In this document: positions 1 through 11,773 of the stretch, in pieces | Layout: the number at the start of each line of letters is the position of its first letter | Position numbering within the stretch: position 1 is the stretch's first letter | From: Carcharhinus longimanus | Lineage: Eukaryota | Length of the DNA: 64,000 nucleotides | Direction: 5' to 3' | NCBI GenBank assembly: GCA_030264375.1 | Contig: JASCQW010000001.1 | Coordinates: 103,273,616 to 103,337,615 of the forward strand | Made by a program: the position numbers and the translations under genes | The notes under the pieces: generated by a model | Told to the model about the DNA's origin: nothing | Database searches by the model: none | Seen by the model: the letters and a program-made list of their open reading frames with translations, nothing else

Positions 1-395
1 TACGCTGGCTGCTTTTCCGAGGCAGTGGGAAGGGTAGACAGAGTCAATGGATGGGAGGCTGGTTTGTGTGATGGNNNNNNNNNNNNNNNNNNNNNNNNNN
101 NNNNNNNNNNNNNNNNNNGAGCAGAGCAGGAGCCAGACCAAGCTTTGATACAACCAGAAAGAATGCTTTCTGCATTGCATCTGTAACAGCTTCTCTGTTG
201 CCATCAGAGTTTTGAATGGATCTACCTCATATTAAATTGATCTTTCACTGTATCCTAGGTATGTCTGTAACACTATATTCTGTACCCTCTCCTTTCCCTC
301 TTTTCATAGAGGATGCTTTGTCTATATAGCGTGCAAGAAACAACACTTTTCATTATATGAAAAGGCATGTGACAATTAAAAAAAAATCAAATCAC
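1..395. mobile_element. Rex1/Babar-clade LINE 3' end with an inverted 5' part
   Basis: 1-185 on the minus strand reads YRCNAESILSGCIKAWSGSCSA...ITQTSLPSIDSVYPSHCLGKAAS. 186-395 on the plus strand reads NSFS.AIRVLNG plus a 3'UTR ending aaatcaaatca, the same tail as 52905-53240. Confidence 0.75.
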
Positions 396-834
396 AAACA
401 TATGTATATCTGAAAGGGAACATTGCACGTGTGAGATCAATTTATTCCCTATTCAGCACGGTCCCAACTGCTGGAAAACTACACTCGTGGGCTTTGAGAG
501 ATGTTTGATGGCTGCATTGCTTGAGGCCATTTTAACCCTCAAATGCAAATCAAAGCTAACACTGCGTGTCTCGTGAGATGTGGGCTCAGGATGGAAATTA
601 TGTCATCTAACACCACCGTTTGAATGTTTCTAAGGCTCTCCCGTGTTATGGCAAGGGCCTGACACTTCCTAAAACCTGAAAGTACAAGTGACAACAGGTA
701 AGAGGACACTAAAAATGCTGCCTCTATTGTACACCATGCCCCCCAGCACCCCTGTCCTCACCCACACACACACACACCATTCTCATCAAGAGCAGAGACT
801 TAAAATCAGGCCTTGATTTTTTTATAGAAGACTG

Positions 835-1085
835 AATCACAGAATTAGTTATGGCAAAGAAACAGCCCATTTGGCCCATTGCATCTGCACTGGCTCTCCA
901 AATAAGCATCACGGCTTAGTACCATTCCCCTGCCTTTTCCCCATAGCCCTGCATAATCTTTCTACTCAAGTAATCATCTAATGCCGTCTTGAATACCACA
1001 ATTATACCTGCCTCCCCACCGCACTTCCAGGCAGTGTATTCCGGACCTGGACCACGCATCTGAAGAAGTTTTTACTCACATCACG
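835..1085 (-). mobile_element. CR1-type LINE 3' fragment
   Basis: Reverse of the typical CR1 tail (cagcccatttggccc...ccatagccctgca...tctaatgccgtcttgaat...ccaggcagtgtattcc). Confidence 0.7.
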
Positions 1086-1089
1086 TTTT

Positions 1090-1890
1090 AATGAGTACAG
1101 TAGTTGCTACTGCCCGGTTCAGCTGTAAACAGCACCACCCTTTCTATTTCAGTGTGAAAACTCAACATATAATGGGAGTATTCAAAATCAGGAGATGCAG
1201 CTCAGGAACATCACAGCCTGATGGCCGAAGGCTGCATGTTGTTGGTGGGGGAATGGTGTGATGGGCAGGTGGTATATATTGACACCGTGCTTTGGCAAGC
1301 TTGGGTTATCATGCGGGAGTGGGATCGTTTTAGAAGGATTGAGGATGGTGCTGGGGATCGGGAGCTGGACGTTCACAGGGTCTGGTCCAGCGGGAGAGGA
1401 CAGGACGAGATGAGATGGATACTCACCCTTGCTGCCCAAACGAGGGCGTTCATTTTCTTGCAGCACTGGACGCCGCTCCTTTGTGTCAGTGTATAGGTGC
1501 TGCAGCCACTACATCCTAGGCTGCTGTCCTGGCCCCTGGGTCATCTGGATTTTGGGGGAGTAAGATGGCCTTCCTTTCCGCCACAGTATCCAGCAGCTAT
1601 CCTTACTCTCCCTACACTCACTAGGCTGCCATCCTCCTGGCATAACTGAACGTGTGATCATCATTAGTGTTTAAATGAAGCTTCCTCTTGTTAATGGCAC
1701 ACAGCTGTGGCCACTTGGGCTGAGTCCTGCACCGAGAGCCTCCATAACAGCGTCTCCCACATGAAGGCTTTTTCAGCGTACTAACTGTTGGAAGATCATG
1801 ATGCTAAACACACCAGAGAGGCTGACGCGGATCACTCTGGTTTTCTCGGAGTTACGACGCTTAGAAATTTTGGGGGAAAATTTCGCCGTG
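1090..1890 (-). mobile_element. PIF/Harbinger DNA transposon remnant with a degenerate Myb/SANT-like exon (1427-1632)
   Basis: The minus strand gives LLDTVAERKAILLP...AA*DVVAAA..(frameshift)..TQRSGVQCCKKMNALVWAAR followed by a gtgagt donor. This resembles the Harbinger ORF2 trihelix pattern (LL..V..R...LFP..AW..VA....R...QCRKK.N.L...AR). A candidate TIR-like end (ggggaaaatttcgcc) lies near 1887. Boundaries are approximate. Confidence 0.6.
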
Positions 1891-1893
1891 TAT

Positions 1894-2240
1894 CTGGAGT
1901 ATCAGGGGATGTTAGACTCCTCACTAAGCTGTAAGTTTGTAGGCCACAGACTGAGCATAAAATCTTTCACTTTTCCTCTGGTTTCATTTGCTACAGAGAA
2001 AAAACATAACCTTTTGATATACTGCCCCCAGGTTTCCACTTCTAAGTCAAACAATTCAAACTTTTCAATTAAAGACATCTTTAAGTGGCACATGTACCTT
2101 GCTTTTTGATAGTTTCAATGCTGAACTCTCCTCCCTCTCTCACGCACACAGCAATTCCTGAAATCTAACGAAAGGTTTTCCTTATTGCCAGTACAGAACT
2201 GAACACGTAAGTACTGTCCACTCCTCCCTGGTTCCACCTG
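1894..2240 (-). mobile_element. Gypsy LTR retrotransposon fragment (partial LTR, PBS, gag N-terminus)
   Basis: MSLIEKFELFDLEVETWGQYIKRLCFF.VAN..., homologous to 8170 onward. PBS-like tggcaataagg at 2180-2190; the LTR piece ccagggaggagtggacagta..gtgttcagttctgt matches 7935-7978. Confidence 0.8.
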
Positions 2241-2389
2241 GATATCCTCCCCGATCCAGATTGTGCCAATATTTTAATTGTACCCAATTGGCTTGATGTT
2301 CTGCGCTGCCTCGCCATAAGGTCCGATCACGTGGCCGTCAGGGATCGATTCCCATCTCACTTAGCAGGACCGCGCTACCACAGGTAGAG

Positions 2390-2685
2390 ACCTTTCCACT
2401 TAATAGTGGTCAATAACCAGGGGGCTTTGTAAGAAGCAGGAGAATTAGAATGGATTTGACCAAAACCTTTTTCACCCAGAGAGTAGTGGGAACCTGGAGT
2501 TCTGCCTGAAACGTGGTGGAAACGGGAATCCTCAGAGCATTTGACAAGTATTTAGATGAAACACCAAAGCACACAAAACCATGTACCAAGTGCTGGAAAA
2601 TGGGATTAAAATAGATAGGAGTTTGGTGGTCGGCACAGACATGATAAACTGGAGGGCCAATTTCTGTGCTGTAAAACTCTATCTG
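2390..2685 (+). mobile_element. CR1 LINE 3' fragment
   Basis: FFTQRVVGTW-type end of ORF2, followed by the CR1 3'UTR ending ctgtgctgtaaaactctat. Confidence 0.7.
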
Positions 2686-3221
2686 TCACTCTAAAGACTG
2701 CATGTAGAATTTCAGCTGTTAAACAAGACTTTCTGCCCTTCCTAAATATTGCATCTCCTGCACGCAGTTCAGGTGATGCAAAGCTCCCAACATCAGAGCC
2801 ACCTCCACTGTGTGACTGGGTTCGGATGGCTGCTTCCTTCCCATGCTAGAATCCCGACATCTTCTGGACCTTCTATTGGGTGCCATGACCTTACCAATAA
2901 ATTCAGCCCATGTCCTTTGGAAGGGTGAAGCAGCTTAATTCACATCTCCTTTGATAGTTTCTTATGAGCTTTGATCAAAGTTATATTTAATTAACATCAA
3001 TCCACTCTAGGATTCATAAAAGCATGCATAATATCCACTTGCATAATCTACCACGGGTTCAAAACTTAGTGAAGGATTTGTTGAAAATTAATCTTACAGT
3101 TCTGGATTGCTAGTGTTACTTAGTAACACCATAAATGTGAAATCTGCTTTTCAAAGGAATTAAAGAATGTCAAGGCACAGCAGAAAAGAGTAAAACTTTG
3201 TTAGGCTATCAGGTAAAAGAG

Positions 3222-3695
3222 CGAAAGAACAAAGAAAAGTACAGCACAGGAACAGGCCCTCCAGCTGTCAAGCCTGTGCCAATCATGATCCCCTGATTAA
3301 ACTAAAACAAACCTTCTGCCCTTACTCGGGCTGTATCCCACTATTCCCTCCCTATTCATGTACGCATCCAGATGCCTCTTAAATGTTGCTAATGTGCCTG
3401 CTTCTGTCACCTCCTCTGGCAGTGCATTCTAGGCACACACCACTCTCTGCATGAAAAACTTCCTCTGCACATCTCCCTTAAACTTTCTCCCTCTCACCTT
3501 GAACTGGTAAAGAACAAAGAAAAGTAAATCAATTGGTGCATAAACAGAGGAGTTGATGCCATGTTTATAGAAGCATTATATAGACACTGAAATGATCCAT
3601 TGTGGCAGGCAGCACATTCTGCATCAGAAGTGAACATAAGAAATAGGAGCAGGAGTAGGCCATCTAGCCCTTCGAGCCTGCCCCGCCATTCAACA
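3222..3695 (-). mobile_element. Two CR1 3' tails (3222-3505 and 3632-3695)
   Basis: aaagaacaaagaaaagtacagcacaggaacaggccct... and aacataagaaataggagcaggagtaggccatctagccc... are reverse-oriented CR1 tails. Confidence 0.7.
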
Positions 3696-4014
3696 AGTGT
3701 ACTGACTAAATCTTGAAAAGGTTGTAGACATTCAGGGTTCATGACTGTAATGAATATTAGGCCTTTAGCACATGAACAAGGATTTCAGGGCCCCTTCCTA
3801 AAATGGGGTCCTTGAATGCAGCCTGCACAAGAACTGCTTTGTTCAAAATGACCAAGTCATTCCCTGAAGGCTTCTCCCAAACAAGTTGAAAGAAAATTAG
3901 CTGAATGCAGAGACATGAGGAGTTAGAGTGTTTCTTCTGGTTCCACATTAGTCCCAAAGTCCATTTCCAACTCCTGGTCAACAGCTGCTTTCCAATTCCT
4001 TCCCCACATCTCTC

Positions 4015-4160
4015 CCTGAGCCTACCTGCTGGCCACTTCCATGGGCATCTTATATCTACCTGTCTATTGAGCACCGATAAAGAATCATCCTGACTCGAAA
4101 CATTGGCTCTCTCTCCACAGATACTGTCAGACCTGCAATTTTCTGTTTTTGTTTCAGTAT
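4015..4160 (+). mobile_element. Penelope-like element terminus with a degenerate hammerhead-like motif
   Basis: ccgataaagaatcatcctgactcgaaacattggctc..tctccacagatactgtcagacctgc..ttttctgtttttgtttcag is a decayed ctgatgaa..cgaaac motif plus the tail typical of shark PLE-derived repeats. Confidence 0.5.
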
Positions 4161-4339
4161 CCACAACAACTCGTTTTTATCTCCAGTGAGCTGCCTGGGA
4201 ACGTGCAGCAATAAATACTTGAAGAAGAAAAATATTAAAGGGTATAGAAAAAAAGAAATGGGATTTTGATCATAAAATCCAACCTGGAGCTTGCACAGAT
4301 TGATCAGCCAATGTCCTCCTGTGCAGAGATTTCTATGAT

Positions 4340-5327
4340 TTTATTTGACTTTAATTTGTAGTCCAGCCTCTTGAACCTTGCATCTTGATTTTGATGTGAT
4401 GGATATACAACTCTCATGCATTACAAATTGGGGCTTACGTTGAATCGAGGCAGGAGGAACCCTTTAAAATGAATGTTTTGCCAGAAATAAAATACTATTT
4501 ATCGAAACATTCTGCACTGAAGCTAAATTGTTGGTAAAATCAGTGCTTGAGAAAATGGCTTTCCTGCAAAATTTCCCTATTTCCATGTATTGGCATTAAC
4601 AATAAATACAACCTGTGTATACAGAAAGATTGGATGTGGGGCTTGAAATCTTGTTTGGCTCTGACACGTTAAATTACATACTGGAAAAAAGCAAGACACT
4701 TACAAAAAGGTTTAGGTAATTCATTTGTTATACTTTCTTTATAAAATATGTACACTTTTTTGGTCATGAACAAGTAAAATGGCACATGAAGCATCGGCAC
4801 GCTAGTCAATATTTTAACTTTATATATCCCGTCGCCCATTTCATAACTTTTAAATTCTTCAGTATTCTCTTGTCCCCAGCGAGAAAGGGGGAGTGACAAT
4901 AAAGAATTACAAAACAGGCCAACTGTACCACAATGCTAAAAAATAGCTTGTTAAGTGCAAGTTAAAAAGCCTTGATAAAAAGCTAGATTGCAACACAATA
5001 ATATTAACTTTAGCAGTTTAAATACGAGGCTTTCATTAAACGTTTCCTTTCTTCAGTTTGACATACATTTGTTGATGGGTGCCATTGATTTTGTTTTCAT
5101 TTAAGCTATATACACAACCAGCTGTAACACTTAACAGTAATATAATTACATGGAGCTTATAGGTTAGAATAAGATGGTAAGTATACAATTAAAATACTGG
5201 CAAGTACAGTTGAAATGTACGTTTTCCTTCTAAGTTTTGAATTTCAATGAGTGCTATCGCCAGTCAGGTGACCAGTCACCTGGCTTTTCTCCCCCCACCC
5301 CCATCCATTGTCCTGATCTCTTGATCT
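4340..5327 (-). other. Putative ARHGAP24 3'UTR with candidate poly(A) signals
   Basis: AT-rich, TE-poor sequence after the stop. Minus-strand AATAAA at 4340-4345 and ATTAAA near 4350. UGUANAUA motifs at 4747-4754 and 5107-5114. Confidence 0.5.
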
Positions 5328-5571
5328 TCACTGTATCCAGATGGTATTACTTCTATCTGGTCTTCGTGTCTCCACAGTCAGATCACCAAACGTCGAGAAA
5401 AATTGCTCCATCTCTTTTTGCAACATTTCATTGCGTTTCTCAGCATCCTCCCGTGCACGCTCTGTGTTCCTCATCTTTATCTCCACCATGGTATATTTCT
5501 TCCTTTCCTGGTCCAGTTCCTCATGAAGTGTCATTACCTCAGACTCTAGCTCAATGTTTCTCTGTTCCAAA
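5328..5571 (-). CDS. ARHGAP24: ARHGAP24/FilGAP terminal coding exon (coiled coil plus filamin-binding C-terminus)
   Basis: Translates (S)[35 protein letters not shown]...[28 protein letters not shown], matching the recalled ARHGAP24 C-terminus (..TFGELTVEPRRTERGNTIWIQ). Acceptor ttgttgcag| at 5572-5573; phase 2 fits the upstream exon (AG|T=Ser); TGA at 5328-5330. Confidence 0.96.
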
Positions 5572-5979
5572 CTGCAACAAGAATGACAGGGAAATGATCA
5601 AATACTCATGCTCATTTTGATAGATGCAACTATTAGATTGAAAGTTGACCACATTCCTCTTGCAAAGACTCAAGTTTATCAATGTTATTTAAACAAGACA
5701 TTTCTGTTTACACCAAAATGACATACATGATGGATAGATAGGATAATGGCAGCAAACTATACGAGAAGGAGTTAGAATTCATCTTTCTGCCTGGGTGTGA
5801 ATCTTGTTATAAAGCTACGCTTTATAAAAATGACATTATGAAATGATTAACTAGAAACCATGGAATTGTTTTCTAAGAAAAGGCTAATGCCACATTTCAG
5901 TGACTTCAAACTGCAATTCCTAAGATGGCTAAAAGTTTGCATCATTGTACACAATACTATCCATTAAGGTGGAGCCAAC

Positions 5980-6750
5980 CTGTGTAGAAAACACGAGCAG
6001 AGACAATAACCTTGAAGAAGTGTCAATGAGATCATCCTAATTCTTTCACAGAACACCCCAGACATCACCTGACTTGGCATTATAAGTAATCACCTCAGAC
6101 AATGAACTTGATCTGATCTACCCCTAATCTAATCAAACTGAAACCACCTGCCTGGAATACATCATTCATGACTATATTTGGGTCACAGGTCAGCTGGACA
6201 GGTTCTTATGACAAGCCAGTTAACTCTTTTCGTTTTTAAGAAACTGTTTGCCGCAGACCAGAGGCAGAAGCAGAAAAGACCCCTGTGTGGGCCTCACTTT
6301 CTCTCACTCTCTACCTTTCAAGCTTGAACCTGTCTACTGTTTGACTATCCAAGTGCCAAGAGATTTTAAAGAACTCAACACAGCAGGGTCCACCTGTAAC
6401 TTTAACGTCCTCAGAAAAAACACCAAGCTCAGCCTGGGTCTACCCAAGCCATCAACTTACACAAAGCATATAATATAGATTTTAAAATGTCACTTAATGT
6501 AACCTCCCACTCTGTTACCTATTGTATTGGAGTGAATATACATGCAAAAGTTGCAGCACTTATATTATTTTTCTTAGACAGAGTTAAGAACAATAAATAC
6601 TACTTTCTTTTTGTATGCATGTCTCTTGCAGTTGCAGCATGTAAACAATTAAAAAATAACTGAATGCATATCCTTTTTAAACTCCTTTTATCACGAGTGG
6701 TCGGAAATGAGAGGAGCCATTCCACCTCTACTCACCTGATTGTCACAGCC
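5980..6750 (+). mobile_element. Solo-LTR-like element (unclassified)
   Basis: TG...CA-bounded stretch with an internal AATAAA (6592), ending gagccattccacctctactcacctgattgtcaca; a similar end occurs at 41449-41478. Boundaries are approximate. Confidence 0.35.
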
Positions 6751-7698
6751 AACTGATATCCAATCCAATTTGATTTAAATGGTTAAAGAACTAAAATGGG
6801 GTTGTTTCTGTAATATATGTACACTTAAAGACAGACAGGGAGAAAGAGAGAGACAGGAAGAGCTAATCTTATATAGCATTTCTCAAAGATTAGCTAGTGT
6901 TCTTTCAGATCACTCCTCAGGTATTGCCTATGGAAGTAAGCTGAATAGATCCTGATGTGAATCATATTTCGATATCCCTTGGGTGCAGGAGGTTTTCACA
7001 TTGCTTGTAAATTTCTGTCTCTATAAGCCTTTTTTCTCTCATTTTACTACTTTGAAAGATAACATCTCAATTATATAGGACATTCTCAAAACAAGCTTGA
7101 TGGTAGAATTTACTTTGAAGGACTTTTGGTTATTAACATGACTGTGGTTTCACTCGGTTCTGGTGTCACTGGACACGTGATTAAAAAGATCAATTTTGGA
7201 ATGATTTCATTTGATGCTTCACAGCTCGGTAGGAATTTTAAGCTCATGGTAATATCTATAAAAGGTAATGAGAATGGGTTTCAGTATAGAAGCAGATTTT
7301 GTTTTATTCTCCCCGAGTATCAGACTATGCTGATTGGAAATGCTTGGGGGAATTTCATTCTGTGCTATCAATGAGATTTAAGATTAACATTTGCAAGGCA
7401 AAAAGGAGATTTCAGCAAAACAATTAGAAGTTTCATGGTCCGTGCTCTCTAACCTGATAGCAAAGAAAAACAAAATAGCAATTGCTTTGCTGACGAACAC
7501 ATACATGATGTTGAGAACTCATTCTTAAATTGGACAGAAGCCTAGGTGAAGGTAACAAATGGCCTGATGCTATTACTGAAACCAAACAATCTCAGAACAG
7601 TAATGGTACATCTGGATTTCGCATTAGCAGAAGCCTGGAATAATCACTGGAGAATGTGGAGCATTAAGATCAGCAGTGAGGAGGCTGATGATGATAAT

Positions 7699-9776
7699 TG
7701 TGCNNNNNNNNNNNNNNNNNNNNNNNNNNNNNNNNNNNNNNNNNNNNNNNNNNNNNNNNNNNNNNNNNNNNNNNNNNNNNNNNNNNNNNNNNNNNNNNNN
7801 NNNGCATGGCCCCTTTAAAGGGGCAATTCTTAAGAGCCACACGATTGGGCTGGACACTATGAAGAGGCAGCAGAGGAAGCCAAGCTAATCTGACACAAGA
7901 ACGTGTGTCCTGGGTCGAGATGGAAGCCAGTTGAAGCCAGGGAGGAGTGGAGAGTAGTTGTGTGTTCAGTTCTGTCAGATCCTTGTTTGTATGTAGTTAT
8001 TTATCATTGGTAGTAAACCCTTTATAACTTTAAGCCACAACATGTGGCCTTCGAAGTTATTATAGCAGCGGCGAGGGACAACTTTCGTTAGCCATTAGGG
8101 AACGGAGTGTGCAGCTAGAGGGGGAGGAGAGTTGAATGTTGAAACTGTCACGAAGTAAGGTGCATAAAGATGCCTATAATTGGAAAAATTGAATTATTTG
8201 ACCCAGAAGTGGAAACCTGGGGACAGTATATTGAAAGGTTGTGTTTTTTTTTGTAGCAAATAAAATCACAGCAGAGGAAAAGCGAAAGGTTATACTGCCC
8301 ACAGTCTGTGTCCCACAAACTTACAGTTTAGCGAGGAGTCTAATGTCTTCTGATACCCTAGACACTAGTCTTTTGACAAGATAGTCAAATTGGTCAAAAA
8401 TCATTTTAACCTCCGACTGCTGATCATTATGTTGCAAAAAAGTTTCGTTCAGCTGTCCGGAAGCCAGGGGAGACAGTTTCAGACTTTGTGGCCATATTGG
8501 AAGGTTAGCAAAGTACTGCAAATTCAGTCCAGTTTTAGGAGAAGTGTTAAAAGAGTTTTTGGTCTGTGGTATAAATGGCCTCATCATGCAGAAGTTGTTA
8601 CTGGCTGACACCAAAATCTCTTTAGAAAAAGCTGTGGATTTGGCCCAGATGACTGAACGCACTGAGTAGGGTGTAAACAAGTACAAGGCATGCCCAATGG
8701 GGTGAACCATTTGTGCTGGAATACTGCTGGTGTGAGGAATAGCTCAAATGCAGGCACAGCAGAGCCTGAGTAAGGGGGTGCAGGACTGAAGCTGGAAGCC
8801 TGATTTTGATAGAGGGGAGAAGCTTGCTGATGCCAAATTTATGTATGTTACAGTTGTAATTGGAAAGGTCATTTATATGTATGGTGCATATGGATGGCAT
8901 TTCACAATAATACCAAAACAAGTTAGGTTGCCAATTACTACTGCAAGGTTACAGAAGTGGGCTCAACTACGTACAGTTACACATTCCCGTACCACCCAGG
9001 GACACAAATATCAAATGTGGAAGCATTCTTTGCCACAGAGTCATCATCACCGGTCCCACAGGAAATAGTGTTGGCGCTGCACCTGATAGAGACTTTGCCG
9101 ATCTCAGCTAAACACAGCCTCCTAAGCGTTAGCAGAATGTTGTACAAATGTTCAAATCATTGATGAAGAAACACAGTAATAGGCCTCTAGCTCTACGTAT
9201 AGCCAGTTTCTTGTTGTCATGTAACACCATGCCAAATGCAATCACAGGGGTCAATACCAGCTGATCTACTAATGGGATGCCATTTATGGACACAGCTGGA
9301 TATGATATTCTCAGATTTGGTGGGGAGGGTGAAAGCTAGAGAAGTCTCCCAGAAAGAAAATCATAACTTACAAAAGAAAAGAGAGCTTTCAAAGTTTATG
9401 ATTTAATTCTGGTCAGAAACTTTGCAGCAGGGCTGATATGGGTGGCTGGAATAATTGTGGAAAGAACAGGACCTGTTTTCTATGTTGTAGAAATATAATG
9501 TTGTCCAGTCAAAAAACACATAGAGCATTTGAGGGAGAGAGCTAGGCCTGACAGAAGCGATCAAGATGATCCCTGCAGGAGATTTAGATTCAGTGGTGGA
9601 TACAGAGATCCCACTTGTAAATGTGGAACTGAAGCAACCAGTAGTTTCTGTCACTGAGGAGACAACAGCTACAGAGGAGGATCTCAACTCCAGATTGATG
9701 AATTTACCTTTCCCAACTATCTGACAAGATACATCATTTCCCCAAGAGTATAAAACAGAATTGAAATGTTCAATCA
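7699..9776 (+). mobile_element. Internally deleted Ty3/Gypsy LTR retrotransposon
   Basis: 5' LTR about 7699-8064 and a PBS-like agcggcgagg at 8067-8076. Gag starts at ATG 8170 (MPIIGKIELFDPEVETWGQYIERL), with a CX2CX4HX4C knuckle CYSCNWKGHLYVWC at 8846-8887. RNase H end (ARLQKWA) and integrase C-terminal remnants (GIIVERTGPVFYVV) follow, with many stops and frameshifts. The 3' LTR probably lies in the 9777-10339 gap. Confidence 0.85.
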
Positions 9777-11773
9777 NNNNNNNNNNNNNNNNNNNNNNNN
9801 NNNNNNNNNNNNNNNNNNNNNNNNNNNNNNNNNNNNNNNNNNNNNNNNNNNNNNNNNNNNNNNNNNNNNNNNNNNNNNNNNNNNNNNNNNNNNNNNNNNN
9901 NNNNNNNNNNNNNNNNNNNNNNNNNNNNNNNNNNNNNNNNNNNNNNNNNNNNNNNNNNNNNNNNNNNNNNNNNNNNNNNNNNNNNNNNNNNNNNNNNNNN
10001 NNNNNNNNNNNNNNNNNNNNNNNNNNNNNNNNNNNNNNNNNNNNNNNNNNNNNNNNNNNNNNNNNNNNNNNNNNNNNNNNNNNNNNNNNNNNNNNNNNNN
10101 NNNNNNNNNNNNNNNNNNNNNNNNNNNNNNNNNNNNNNNNNNNNNNNNNNNNNNNNNNNNNNNNNNNNNNNNNNNNNNNNNNNNNNNNNNNNNNNNNNNN
10201 NNNNNNNNNNNNNNNNNNNNNNNNNNNNNNNNNNNNNNNNNNNNNNNNNNNNNNNNNNNNNNNNNNNNNNNNNNNNNNNNNNNNNNNNNNNNNNNNNNNN
10301 NNNNNNNNNNNNNNNNNNNNNNNNNNNNNNNNNNNNNNNGGTGGGTGATTATTGATTGTGTGGGTTTAAATAAATATTGTTTGTACTAATAAGACATCTA
10401 CTCAAAGTTATTTGTCTACCATATAAGGGTTAAAACAGACTGATTTTTACAACACTGTTCTTGTGAAGGAGGAATATACGAGACACACTGTACTCTCTAC
10501 CTTTCCTACAAGGCTTCATGCCATATATAAAATGTAATTCTGTCTGTACGGGCACTATTGCATTTTCCAGCTGCCGCAGTGACTTTACATTGATAGTCGA
10601 CACAACAATGAGTCGGTTATGCCCATCTGCCATCCATGGAAATCATAGTTGTTGATTTCTTTTAATGAAAGAGCAATGCTGAGGTGTTCAGAGATATTTC
10701 AGATGCTGCAATGATTCAGAGTCTCAAGAAGCTGTAATTTGCTGCCAACTGGCCTGTGCATAATATAAATTCACATTCTTCCACACAAGAGCAATACCAA
10801 AGGTTATTGAATTTCTCATTACGATCTTGGAATGAATGAGAATTTCAAGTGAGGGACATCTGGATGTATTCATTTCCCCAGAAGGTACCCTCTGGCACCA
10901 GTACAGCTGGGAAATGGTAATGAGAAAGTCTGTTACAGGACAAAAGCTGCTCCTTTCAGTTCATCACTTGTTTGTTATGTTTTGTACAATTGAAAACAGC
11001 AACAAAACAAGAGCAGCACATGTAGGGGATTTTGAATTGACGCATCTCCAAAGGCTATTTACTGCAAAGCTTTGAAATAGGATTTGGTTTTCAGTTTCCA
11101 GTTGTGTGGTACCTGGTTACTTAACTCACACAAGGCTAACTTTCTAGGCATGTGGAAATAGTTAGGAAAGAAAATAAAGGCTTGAAGGTACAAAATTAAA
11201 ATGGTGTCTCTTAATGCAGCCATTTAGTCCAATACCACTTCAACTGGCTGATGCAGTGATTTAAGACACTTGTGAGTTCCATGTCAAGAAACAATCCAGG
11301 AAAGTTCTGTTTGCTGATCAAGGAATTTGATTTCCGCCCAAAATGGGTGTGACATTGACAGAGAGGTGCTCCATTTGCTCAGTCGTACTCGGGAACTGTG
11401 AGCACCGAACTGTTTGCTGACTATAACTCACCAGTTATTGGACAATGCAAATTGGAAGACTTCTATGCTGAGGCGGCCTACATTGGATCTCACATGATTG
11501 GACTTGCAGGGATGCCATGAGTGGACTCACTGTGCTTGGAGTTTTTTTTGTGGGAAATACCATTTACTTCTCCTGAGCAAACAAGTTAAAAAAAATCAAC
11601 ATTTTCTCGACTGTTTTGTGATCCCTTTAAGATCTGCTGGTTCAGCCTCCTAACACTTGGTACAACTAAATGGACAACTTGCAGCACACACTTCTACTTA
11701 CATGTTGTCACTGGAGTCCTGCAACCAAGATATGACTCTGATTTGCAATATTAAAGAGCCATCCCTGCATTTC

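Noticed and set aside
7699-9776. Endogenous retrovirus or domesticated gag gene
   Set aside because: No env, Gypsy-type gag and PBS, and many frameshifts and stops.
9761-10389. Long ORFs in the track at 9761-10389 and 44106-45064
   Set aside because: They consist almost entirely of N-gap codons.
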